From positions 31,606 to 95,605 of the forward strand of contig JBDKTL010000043.1 of assembly GCA_039698055.1 (NCBI GenBank): 64,000 bases of DNA. The letters are read 5' to 3'. A model generated the notes under the pieces. It did not search any database. It had not been told where the DNA came from and saw only the letters and a list, made by a program, of their open reading frames with translations. Of this stretch, positions 21,208 to 30,248 are shown one piece after another. The translations under genes and the position numbers were made by a program. Position 1 is the stretch's first letter, and every line of letters begins with the position of its first letter. The stretch is from Methanoregula sp. GTDB lineage: Archaea > Halobacteriota > Methanomicrobia > Methanomicrobiales > Methanospirillaceae.

Positions 21208-21537
21208 CTAAGTGGGTCTGTAGCTTAGTTCGGCATAGCGGCGGACTCTTAATCCGCAGGTCAAGGGTTCAAATCCCTTCAGGCCCGTTTTCTTTTGTGA
21301 TTCTGACTCTCGCAGAGTTTTATTTGATTTTTCATTCGGTTTAAACTCATTATTTCTGATTTCGGTTATGTCAGTTTCGACATTTTTCAAATTCAACGGT
21401 TTAAACTCGTTAGATTCTGTTGATAGGAAGAAACCACCATCAACCTTGCAGATGGATACAGGCTTACCGATAAGTGCGCGATAATGACTCCAAGGGAACT
21501 GGATATAAGGAGCGAGGAATCCTTTCTTTGGATGCAA
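21208..21537 (-). pseudogene. Putative N-terminal fragment int(N) of a split tyrosine integrase, reading into the tRNA antisense
   Basis: ORF runs through the tRNA complement (...KKTGLKGFEPLTCGLRVRR), the geometry expected for SSV1-type int(N); same strand as int(C) at the far end. Confidence 0.55.
21214..21287 (+). tRNA. tRNA-Lys(CTT)
   Basis: GGGTCTG/CAGGCCC acceptor stem, anticodon arm GCGGA-CTCTTAA-TCCGC, GGTTCAAATCC T-loop; CCA not encoded. Confidence 0.95.
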
Positions 21538-21671
21538 TTTTTTAAATTGAGTTTTCGTAATTAATTCTATATTTTACAATAGATTTTAGAAAGATTATAG
21601 ATTATCATACGGTGAAAAAAATTGCTTTATGGAAGAGAGATTGATTAAAGAATAAGACGAGAATATAAATT

Positions 21672-21860
21672 ATGTCATTATACGATACAATTGTTCAAGC
21701 AGTCGGGGCATTATTTATTATCTATATTTTCGGATTTGTTGTTCTACCAGCGTTTGCGACCGCTACAGGTCAAAGCACATTACTTTTCACAATATTATTC
21801 ATTTTACTCGCTATAAGCGTCGTCATTAGCGTTATTGTAGCAATCAAAAGGAGCCTTTAA
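21672..21860 (+). CDS. Small 2-TM hypothetical protein (island)
   Basis: 62 aa, two hydrophobic helices, 1 bp before the next ORF. Confidence 0.6.
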   Translation: MSLYDTIVQAVGALFIIYIFGFVVLPAFATATGQSTLLFTILFILLAISVVISVIVAIKRSL

Positions 21861-21861
21861 C

Positions 21862-22491
21862 ATGGTATTAAAAGAATTAGATCACTATTTTGGAATATAT
21901 AGGGATCTTGTTATCGGTTTAACCTTTCTAGTAGCTCTTGCTGCAATAACAGGTTTTAAATTGGATATCCCCACTTGGTTCAATTCCTTAACACCTGAAG
22001 GTAAATTCTATTCACTTATTCTTCTCGATGCAATTTTTACGCTATTTGTAGGATATGTGATTTATTCGAAGTTGGATGAGAAAATTCAGGGGATAAGAAC
22101 TACAAATTCGGGTATAGAAATAAAACCAATTTTCCTTTCAGAAATCAGAGCATTAAAGATACAATTAGAACCGATTATTGCAGCACAAACTGATATGACC
22201 ACTTTGAGTAAAATAATCATGAAGGATTTTGGCAATGGGATGCCAAAATTTTATCCTAATAATGGAGCTTTCCATTTATACAAAGAAAAAATACCACTTC
22301 TTGATTTTGATTTACAGTCTAAACTTTTGCAGTTCTATCAAAAAATAACTCAAGCAAGTGAATGCCATCAACAGATCTTCCAAAAAGACCCTTCAAGAGC
22401 CGATTATACAAAAATTCAATGTTTTAGCAATTATTTGAAAGAAGCGAATGATCTGATACCCCATCTCCTTGAGAAACTACAGTCGTCCTGA
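21862..22491 (+). CDS. Hypothetical protein with 2 N-terminal TM helices (island)
   Basis: 209-aa ORF in AT-rich DNA; no recognisable motif. Confidence 0.7.
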   Translation: MVLKELDHYFGIYRDLVIGLTFLVALAAITGFKLDIPTWFNSLTPEGKFYSLILLDAIFTLFVGYVIYSKLDEKIQGIRTTNSGIEIKPIFLSEIRALKIQLEPIIAAQTDMTTLSKIIMKDFGNGMPKFYPNNGAFHLYKEKIPLLDFDLQSKLLQFYQKITQASECHQQIFQKDPSRADYTKIQCFSNYLKEANDLIPHLLEKLQSS

Positions 22492-22686
22492 AATATTAGA
22501 ATAATTTTGTTTTCGTCTAATCTGTGTCACGTAAGGAACACCAATCTTTTCTGCAATCTCCTTGTAGTTCATTCCATCTTTGTGAAGAAGATCAACATAC
22601 TTCCAATCGATATCTTTGAAGGGTCTACCGCAATGTTTCCCCTCATCCCTTGCTCTTTGCATTCCAACCTTTGTCCTCTCAATAAA
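22477..22686 (-). pseudogene. C-terminal remnant of a serine resolvase/invertase
   Basis: IERTKVGMQRARDEGKHCGRP + HTH (MNYKEIAEKIGV); catalytic N-terminus absent, in-frame stop immediately upstream. Confidence 0.75.
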
Positions 22687-22745
22687 TTACATGCAGCTTT
22701 TCAGTTAATACTGAAACTTGAGTTTATTATCGCTATCTCTAACCC

Positions 22746-24191
22746 TCAATTCCTATTCTTGATTAATTCGGTTGCTTGAATTACCCCTTTCTCACTTAAG
22801 ACATTAAGTAAAACATCGTGTGCTTTTCGGACACCTTTTCCTCCACCTAAGAATGCAAAGGGTGAAGTTTGTTTATCCCAATCAAAATCATCTAAAAGTC
22901 CGAGGAATTTCTTAATTGAATCCTTATCGTAGGGATCTAGATTATCGCTAATACACCAAGAGTAAACATTATTTGCAAGATAATTAAATGCGTAAATCGA
23001 GGTTGTTCGAAGCATCAAGAATTGTTTCCGTGTTTTTTCTTCGAACGTTTGAGGGAACATTTCTCTGATACAACCCCAATAATTTATTAAAAATGTCTTT
23101 TTCTGATCAAAATCCAATTCTTTAAACCGATTATTATCAAAAAGTGGTTTCAACGACGATACAAAGGAGAATAATGGCACCGGATGCCCATTACTCATTG
23201 TTCCACCGAGATTGATGAGCCCTTGAAATGGTGATGATTCTTTATTAAGTTCGTTTACAATGGGAACAATTTCTGTTCTCCATTTTTCCTTATCAATAAT
23301 CGGAATCCCAGTAATCCCTGCCTTTAGTGTTTTATATGCTAATTCATCTTTTAAGGAGGGATTGACGGGTTTTTGAGTTTTATTAATAATAAAGAAAAAT
23401 GCACCCTCTAATTCGGACTGTTTGATTTTCAGATTTTCAGGCGATTCTTTTTCCATTTTTTTAATTATTGCTTTAGAATCGACGAAAACAATTGGGATTT
23501 CAAAAGACAACAATTCCGTGTATTTTTTTATCAATTCTTCTCGATTGGGTAATGAGTGCTTCGTCTGCAGTTTTTTGATTTCTTTATAGATCTCCTCAAA
23601 TCCACCGGTTCTTTGCTGTCCGTCCAAAATTGAAATTGCCCCGGGTTTCAATGGAATTTCAAGAATTCCCCTATCATCATCAGAGGATTTGAATTTTGCA
23701 TTACCAAAACTTGCTAATATTGCTGGAATAATAGAGATAGAACAACCTTCGAGATATTTTTTTATTTCACTTGTTCTTTCACGGAATTTCTCTCGTTGAT
23801 ATCCATCCAATACCTCGTCTCTCCACTGGTCAGAGGTAGATAATAACAAAAGTTCCTTCGCCTGGACTTTACCAATATAAAGGGGCATTCCTTTTTGTTG
23901 AATTTTGATTACCTTAATCTTCAGAGTTACATCAGAGATTTTTTTCCATACTTTTTCCAAATTTTGCGATTGGATTTTGGGATAATTCCTATAGATATCA
24001 ATTATTTCGATGACACTGAGATTGTTAAAATCGCTTGTTATCTCGTTCTGTGCAATCTTCTCTAAAGTATCATTCATTTTATCAGGGAAGAATAATGCAG
24101 GATTATTCCAGCAGTTCTCACAGACATATCTTCCATCATAGGGGCCGTGTTGGGGTCCTTTAATCTCAAATCCACATGAGGAACAAATCAT
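22746..24191 (-). CDS. DGQHR/DndB-like domain protein (DGQQR variant) with N-terminal CxxC-CxxC zinc finger
   Basis: GYQR..., ILDGQQRTGG, FFIINKTQKPVNPSL motifs; CSSC...CENC at the N-terminus; ATGA overlap with the upstream radical SAM gene. Confidence 0.85.
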   Translation of the reverse strand: MICSSCGFEIKGPQHGPYDGRYVCENCWNNPALFFPDKMNDTLEKIAQNEITSDFNNLSVIEIIDIYRNYPKIQSQNLEKVWKKISDVTLKIKVIKIQQKGMPLYIGKVQAKELLLLSTSDQWRDEVLDGYQREKFRERTSEIKKYLEGCSISIIPAILASFGNAKFKSSDDDRGILEIPLKPGAISILDGQQRTGGFEEIYKEIKKLQTKHSLPNREELIKKYTELLSFEIPIVFVDSKAIIKKMEKESPENLKIKQSELEGAFFFIINKTQKPVNPSLKDELAYKTLKAGITGIPIIDKEKWRTEIVPIVNELNKESSPFQGLINLGGTMSNGHPVPLFSFVSSLKPLFDNNRFKELDFDQKKTFLINYWGCIREMFPQTFEEKTRKQFLMLRTTSIYAFNYLANNVYSWCISDNLDPYDKDSIKKFLGLLDDFDWDKQTSPFAFLGGGKGVRKAHDVLLNVLSEKGVIQATELIKNRN

Positions 24192-25270
24192 TTCGATGCA
24201 CCCTTCTTTTTTTCGGCATATAATTCAAAAGCTTCTTCGAAATCCGTAGCTCTGTTAAATTTGTTCACAAGTCCGTCATACGCCGGAAATGCACCACCAT
24301 ATCCAATGACTCTTCGTGCATGTTGAACAAGTTCGATTTTATTCATATCCCAATTTGGAGAAATAAAAGTATTTTTCTCGATTGCGTAGAGAGATTCATA
24401 CCTCATAGGATAACATACGATACCCCAGTTTAAGATTTCCCGAACGCGATTAAAAAATTCATCTGGTGTCTCTCTATAGTTGAAAAGAGTATACACAAAA
24501 ATATCCCTTTTTTTAATACCGGCATCAAGTAAACGCTCAACAGCCTTTTTTACAAATTTTTGTTGATCATGAGAATCATACGCAAGCCGTATGGTAGAAT
24601 CAAGTTTTAGAGAAGCGATCATTTTTGCAACGGGCTCTGTGATGAGTTTTGCATCAATACCCTGATTGAAGTCAACCTTTTTATCGAAATCGATGAGTTC
24701 CTTAAAAATATCCATACGGTATTTGTTTGCAAGAAAATTGTTGTCAAAAAAAATAATTTTTGTATGTCTACCCAGAACAAATGGGTTGATGCTCTTTTTC
24801 AGTGAATTCATTTTTCCTTCTAAACGAGGAACAGCACAAAAATCACATTTATTGCAGCAACCTCTTGACGAGAAAATAATACTTCCATCCCAATCTGGGA
24901 CTAAATCATAATCCGGGAAAATATTCTCGGCTTTTGAACAGAGACCTTGGTATATTCGATCGGCACCGGATAGTCTTGCATGATCAGGAAGGAGGGATGC
25001 ATAGATGCCCCCAAGCCAAATTTCCGCTTTTGGAAATTCTTTTTTGTAAAATGAAACTGCCTCCCAAACTGGCTTCCACGCCCATGAGAATAGACTGGTG
25101 ACGTATATTTTATTAGGATTCGTTTTCGGAATTCTTTGATCCTTTTTTTCGAAATCAATTAATTCCGTTGTATCACCTTTTGTTTTATGGTATGCAGAAA
25201 GTTTTAAGAGACCAATTGGCGGGAATTTGGAATAATATGCGGGTTCGACGAGAAGTATGTGATTGGTCAT
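24188..25270 (-). CDS. Radical SAM protein with B12-binding-like N-terminal domain
   Basis: ILLVEP..FPPIGLLKLSAYHK, IWLGGIYASL, SRGCCNKCDFC (CxxxCxxC), FFDNNFLA, DFNQGIDA. Confidence 0.9.
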   Translation of the reverse strand: MTNHILLVEPAYYSKFPPIGLLKLSAYHKTKGDTTELIDFEKKDQRIPKTNPNKIYVTSLFSWAWKPVWEAVSFYKKEFPKAEIWLGGIYASLLPDHARLSGADRIYQGLCSKAENIFPDYDLVPDWDGSIIFSSRGCCNKCDFCAVPRLEGKMNSLKKSINPFVLGRHTKIIFFDNNFLANKYRMDIFKELIDFDKKVDFNQGIDAKLITEPVAKMIASLKLDSTIRLAYDSHDQQKFVKKAVERLLDAGIKKRDIFVYTLFNYRETPDEFFNRVREILNWGIVCYPMRYESLYAIEKNTFISPNWDMNKIELVQHARRVIGYGGAFPAYDGLVNKFNRATDFEEAFELYAEKKKGASK

Positions 25271-25331
25271 CAAGGATAGGTTAGTGATCTACATTATTTA
25301 AGATCTTTTATTTTGAAGATCCCAAAAGCGA

Positions 25332-27695
25332 CTATGAAGAGGGTGTTGGAGGAGATGCCAATCTTGGTTTTAACACATCATAGATCATGGTGACATACTC
25401 CAAATCTTGAGCTGTAACACCCTTTGGTTTTATCGAATGAGCAACCTGTTTGCGGATGTTATTGAGTTTGGTGAACCAAGATAATTTTTTCGATTTGCTA
25501 TCATTAGGTTTTGAATTAATTGAAAACGTTTCACCAAATAGACTCCACTCGGAATCGATTATTTCCTTCAAATCAATTAAATCAATGAACTTTTCGTAAT
25601 CGTTCAATTCTCCTTCTTCATCAGCCCGTTTCATGGCTTTTGCCCTAATTGGGGATGAAACTTTAAACCACCATTGAGAACGTTCATTTCCATAATTTGC
25701 TTTTAAGGTACTGAAAACATAATCGTGAACCATAGGTTCAATTTTATCCAGAACGATTTCCCTAGTTGCTTGATTAATCGATGGATCCTTCTTCTTCAAC
25801 CACTCTTTTAAAATTTCAGGCTCAAATTCCGGGTATTGCTCATGAATCTTCGAGAGTAATACTAAAGTACTATCTTTCACCCCTACTTCACCAGTGCCAC
25901 GTCGCAATTCTGAACGAACTTGGGGGGGGATATCAGCTAAAAATTTAATGACAGGTGTGACGTATTTCTCGGTATGCTCAAGAAGAACAGGAGTTTTTAA
26001 CTTTCTTGGGTCAACCTGGTCTTTAATAGAAATATGGTCGAAAATAAATTTCAGTGTTTTCAATGTTGATAATATGCCCAGATTTGTACAGATGAACCCG
26101 CCATCACCGCTTCCAATATCCCATTGAGTTTTTACTTTATCGTTTTTCAGAAATAACGAATAATAACCGCTAATTACTTCGACCCCTCTTATCAACGTTG
26201 AATCCAGATCATTATGGTATAAAGGCCCATGCGTGATGTCATGAGTTTTCTTATTCAAGACTTCACCGAATAGACGATCTTTTTTCATTTCTGTGACTAG
26301 TCCGGTCAATGTTAAATTCCGGTTTTTGGTTTTATTTCCTCCAACTTTTATGACCTTGTCTCTCAAGGGAGAGTTTTTGTCTTTATCTAGTTGTTTTACT
26401 AAATTTGCAAGTAAAGCGTCCAAACGAAGATTTGGATCATCTGAATTCCAATTTAATTCAGAGTGAAGGTCTAATAATTGGTTTTTTGGTACTTTTACTT
26501 GTTCTCCATTAATGTCAATAAATAACTGAGCTTGTGTTGCTGAATCTAAATTTTCAAAAGCTATAACAGGAATCGTTGCCGTCTTCGCCTCTTCCAAATT
26601 TGCGAAGGCAAATAAACGGTGTTGACCATCAATAACTTGTGCACATTGATATATATTCGGTAAATACAACTTCCCAAGAACTGCATTTTGTCCAGCCATA
26701 TCGGCGGCTTTATCGAATCTTAGCGGACTGTCAGTTCGAATATTTAGAACAATATTTGTTGGAAAAATTCCCTTCTTGTCCCGAATGTATTCTGCGATTT
26801 TATTCAATCGCTTCTTTTTGGCCATTCTTTGATATGAATCGAGAGATTCAATATTTCTTTTACCTCTGTGAGCGATATATGCTAATTTAAGCAATTTGTC
26901 AGGTTCGATTACAAAAGAGTAGAATTCTTTTTCGCCCATTGTTCCTTTCATAGCCGGGATTGAATCGATTAAATTTGGGATCTCTCGTTTTTCTAGGAAA
27001 TCGGATAAAAATTGGTATTTTGCGGCGTGACCAAAATGTTTCGAAAACTCATTGTAATAATCTAAAAGCGGATCATCAATGATGAAAATATTTGCCAGAT
27101 CGGCCCGTTGCCTATCATTATCATTTATATCGATATTTTTCGTTGCAAGAATCCATACAAATTTAAATTTTTGAGGTTCCCCCTTATCATTATAATATTG
27201 ATTAATTGAGAGATCAATATCTCTTCGAATTGCTTCTATTTCAGTAATATCTGTGTTTAACGATTTTTTTGTATGTTGTTCTTCTGCAGATTTACATTCT
27301 ACAATACAGATACATTGATCTTCCCTTGCGAAAACATCGATTTGTTTTGTGATGTTGGATTCAAATCTAGGGATAACAAAATTTTTTGATTCTTTATTCA
27401 TTTCAAAAAAGCCCATGCGGTAAAAAATACACCACACTTCATCCTCAAAACCAGAACCAATATCCTTCAGTTTCCTTAATTTAATATGTGTTTTACTTCG
27501 GCTACGGACTTTTTCCCACTTATCATTCAAGAATGATGAAATATCTTGTTTAACTACATTTTTTGACACATATTTTTGATTTCTTTTACTATATGCCCGA
27601 TCAAGATCCTCTCCTGACACAAGACCTTGGAACGGCGACAACGACGTTTTTGTTTCAGCACCATTCTTTTTTGAAGGAGTGGAATTTCTGACCAT
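25332..27695 (-). CDS. Multidomain protein: PD-(D/E)xK nuclease-like + DGQHR + C-terminal HEPN-like domain
   Basis: QIDVFA..IVECKS (D..ExK), SYQR, FPTNIV, VIDGQHRLFAF, LFIDINGEQVKV, and NNIRKQVAH (Rx4H) near the C-terminus. Confidence 0.85.
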   Translation of the reverse strand: MVRNSTPSKKNGAETKTSLSPFQGLVSGEDLDRAYSKRNQKYVSKNVVKQDISSFLNDKWEKVRSRSKTHIKLRKLKDIGSGFEDEVWCIFYRMGFFEMNKESKNFVIPRFESNITKQIDVFAREDQCICIVECKSAEEQHTKKSLNTDITEIEAIRRDIDLSINQYYNDKGEPQKFKFVWILATKNIDINDNDRQRADLANIFIIDDPLLDYYNEFSKHFGHAAKYQFLSDFLEKREIPNLIDSIPAMKGTMGEKEFYSFVIEPDKLLKLAYIAHRGKRNIESLDSYQRMAKKKRLNKIAEYIRDKKGIFPTNIVLNIRTDSPLRFDKAADMAGQNAVLGKLYLPNIYQCAQVIDGQHRLFAFANLEEAKTATIPVIAFENLDSATQAQLFIDINGEQVKVPKNQLLDLHSELNWNSDDPNLRLDALLANLVKQLDKDKNSPLRDKVIKVGGNKTKNRNLTLTGLVTEMKKDRLFGEVLNKKTHDITHGPLYHNDLDSTLIRGVEVISGYYSLFLKNDKVKTQWDIGSGDGGFICTNLGILSTLKTLKFIFDHISIKDQVDPRKLKTPVLLEHTEKYVTPVIKFLADIPPQVRSELRRGTGEVGVKDSTLVLLSKIHEQYPEFEPEILKEWLKKKDPSINQATREIVLDKIEPMVHDYVFSTLKANYGNERSQWWFKVSSPIRAKAMKRADEEGELNDYEKFIDLIDLKEIIDSEWSLFGETFSINSKPNDSKSKKLSWFTKLNNIRKQVAHSIKPKGVTAQDLEYVTMIYDVLKPRLASPPTPSS

Positions 27696-27745
27696 GCAAA
27701 CAACTTAACTTCACCGAATGCTGAAATTAACCTTTCTATTACCTT

Positions 27746-28260
27746 TCAAGATTTCGAATTAAAATATTGAATTCTTACCGATCCCCAATGCTCCATGAAC
27801 CTCTTATAAACGTTCTCCAGCAGAAATTGTTTATAAGATGTCCAATTAATCGAATTGACACCATGAGACATTATAAAGTTCTTATTAGCGTCGTTGAATC
27901 CGATCTCATCTGACTTCTGCTCGAAGAATTTACGGAGATCCTTTAATTGGAGATTGCCCATTGTCTATGAGAGTGGAACTGAATTTCGTGATAACCATTG
28001 TTTCAAGCCCTCATAACTAAACAAACCCTCATCAGATGATCTTCCTTCAATAGCATCAATGAGGTGTGGAATAATTAACTGATGAAGTGGAGCGTAGTGT
28101 TCTAATCGAATTTTATCTTGCCTTGCTTGAACAGTTAAGACAGGAGGAGATCGGTTCAGCGCATCACGGAACTGTCCAACGGTAATCCTGCATGCTGTTA
28201 TTACTCTCTGACCTGAATATGCAAGAAATAGGATAGCGCAGCAATAGTTTTGTTTTTTTG
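27746..28260 (-). pseudogene. C-terminal fragment int(C) of a tyrosine integrase with an internal TAG
   Basis: AYSGQR (Arg I), QDK (Lys), KDLRKF (HxxR-like), MSHG, TSY (Tyr). In-frame TAG at 27965-27967 splits it; 5' part truncated. Confidence 0.85.
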
Positions 28261-28277
28261 GTCCATCCCAATTTTTT

Positions 28278-29069
28278 TTACCAGAACTCGAACGCACCCA
28301 TACCAAGGTTGCCCCAGTACCAGCTCTGGTGGATAATTTTTCCCTTTGCATCCGGCCCGGCTGCGCCAAGCGCCGTAAAGAGCGGCATGAAATGGTCGGG
28401 ATAATACTGGGCGTGGATGGCCGATGGTGCGAGCTCACGGTAGCTGATCAGGCTCTTTTTGTCACCATACGTCACTGCCCGGTTCAGCCACTCGTTGAAC
28501 GCGATCGCCCAGATCTCAGTCCGTAGTCCTTCACCCAGTGCAACCGTCGGATCGCCAAGCGGGTGAACCGCCCCGCCGCTGCCGATGACGAGCACGCCTT
28601 CCTTCCGGAGGGGAGCGATTGCTTCGCCGAGTGCGAGGTGAAGAGCCGGGTCAAGATGATCCTGGATCGATAACTGGACTACCGGAACCGTAGCATCCGG
28701 GAACATCAGCATTGACGGGACCCATGCCCCATGGTCGAGCCCCCGCCCGGTATCCCTGTCGCAGGGAAGTCCTGCTGCTTCAACAAGGCCGGCAACCCGT
28801 CGGGCAAGATCCGGGGAGCCCGGCGCCGGGTAGGTAATCCGGTAGAGTTCATCGGGAAATCCGTAGAAATCGTGAATGGTCGGGGGACGGGCAATCGTGT
28901 TCACCGAAGGACGGGTTGTGTTCCAATGCGCCGATACGCAGAGCACGGCACTAATATCCGTAAAATGTTTTCCAAGCCCAGCAAGAAACCTGCGGGCCGG
29001 CACTCCCTGTTCCAGCGCGAGGGTTGGTGCACCGTGTGACACAAAAAGAGTGGGAAGGGAATCCGGCAT
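28278..29069 (-). CDS. LigB-family (DODA/YgiD-like) extradiol dioxygenase
   Basis: FVSHGAP, SAHW, IHDFYGFP, RGLDHGAWVP, PVVQLS, GSGGAVH, DHFMPL. Confidence 0.9.
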   Translation of the reverse strand: MPDSLPTLFVSHGAPTLALEQGVPARRFLAGLGKHFTDISAVLCVSAHWNTTRPSVNTIARPPTIHDFYGFPDELYRITYPAPGSPDLARRVAGLVEAAGLPCDRDTGRGLDHGAWVPSMLMFPDATVPVVQLSIQDHLDPALHLALGEAIAPLRKEGVLVIGSGGAVHPLGDPTVALGEGLRTEIWAIAFNEWLNRAVTYGDKKSLISYRELAPSAIHAQYYPDHFMPLFTALGAAGPDAKGKIIHQSWYWGNLGMGAFEFW

Positions 29070-29289
29070 GATGGATGATACTGTGTTCTGAAAAGCAAAA
29101 AAGAAGTGGATGTCTCGTTACTCCTCTCTTAAAAAGCCGTCGATTGAACCAGGGAGTTCCCCCACCGTCCGGCATACAGCCCTAAAAGATGCCGGGAATA
29201 ATCCGGACCTGCACCACTTCACTGCACCACAGTCCCCCTCAAAACAGGATCTAGCCTGGACAAACTACAAACCCACAGGCACCCCCCCA

Positions 29290-29600
29290 CCCCCCGCCAA
29301 AATTTTTCCGGCCCAACTCTGATCGCCCCGTAAATATTTCTGTCGCGACTCGGATCGCGTTGAAAAAAAATCCGGCGCGTACCCGATCGGGCCGGAAAAA
29401 TCGTGGTCGACCCCTTCCCGGCAACACCATTTCCGTCGAAATCAACTTTCGGGAAGGGGGTCCGATCGCGCCGGAATTATTTTTGCCTCACCTCAGATCG
29501 GGCCAAAAATATTTTTGGCTCGTACCGGATCGGGCCGGAAAAAAATCTGGCACGATCGCGATCGGCCCGTGCATTTTTTTATCCTCATGACCCGATCAGC
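29290..29600. repeat. Degenerate 32-bp-period GATCG/A-tract repeat array with central inverted repeat
   Basis: GATCG at 29321, 29353, 29385 and at 29464, 29496, 29528, 29560; GACCCCTTCCCG (29409-29420) pairs with CGGGAAGGGGGTC (29450-29462). Confidence 0.8.
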
Positions 29601-30248
29601 TGACCATCTCAATCCGGGCTGTTTGCGAGGACGGAATAGATCTGAATCCGGGTTATGATTCTGCACCACGTTTTATAGGATGTGTATTCAATTGGTGCGC
29701 TTCCTCTTGGAAAATCAAAAATCTGGTGCTGCTTTGGCCAGCCCAAATCCCTACGCGATCATTCCCTGCGACTGATAAATCTAAAGACGGGACCCCGTCC
29801 GTCCACATAGGTGAGGGTTGACTGGTGTCTCCCAACTCACGCACAGGGTAATCGTAAAATCCACAATGGTGTCCGAAGTGGGGGTTCCGGGATCTTTGCC
29901 CCAAAACAGGCCTTCTTTTCATTTTCACCCACTATAGCCCGGTTTTGAAAAGATCCGCCGTCCAAAGCCCGCTATTAACGCACATTTTAGAGTTCATTTT
30001 ATACCGAATTTTGGCAAACAGGGCGATTATATCGGGGTTTCCGAAAACCGTGTGTTGGAATTCGCCATTTTTCGCAAATAATTCGGGAAAATGATCATCT
30101 TTCAATGTCTGGGCACGTGGAGTCTCCGACGGAGAAGTGATCCTGGCAGAGAGCAGGTCTTCAATGCCCGTCAGCCAAGGTTTCGTCATTTTTGTTCACG
30201 ATCCGCAAACATTTTGTTCATGTAACGTGAACCTATTGTTCAGGATCC

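Larger units (their letters stand above)
21288..28277. mobile_element. tRNA-Lys-integrated AT-rich genomic island (decayed element with split integrase)
   Basis: Abrupt shift to AT-rich sequence right after the tRNA, returning to host-like composition near 28280; integrase fragments at both ends; resolvase remnant inside. No right att copy seen. Confidence 0.8.

Noticed and set aside
21335-21420. Short direct repeat CGGTTTAAACTC(A/G)TTA as an att site
   Set aside because: The two copies are only ~60 bp apart inside int(N) (NEFKP twice) and do not match the tRNA 3' end or the distal island boundary.
22746-27695. Calling the island a canonical Dnd or Dpd system
   Set aside because: Only DGQHR-type domains are shared; no DndC/D/E, cysteine desulfurase or DpdA/TGT homologue is visible.
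27965-27967. In-frame TAG in the integrase as pyrrolysine readthrough
   Set aside because: No pyl genes in the window, Methanomicrobiales are not known to use Pyl, and the gene is also 5'-truncated; a nonsense mutation is simpler.
29290-29600. Repeat array as a CRISPR array
   Set aside because: Units are degenerate and contiguous with a 32-bp period, there are no unique spacers between identical repeats, and no cas genes are in the window.
29653-30189. Short minus-strand ORFs next to the repeat array
   Set aside because: No recognisable motifs or RBS; treated as non-coding or decayed sequence.
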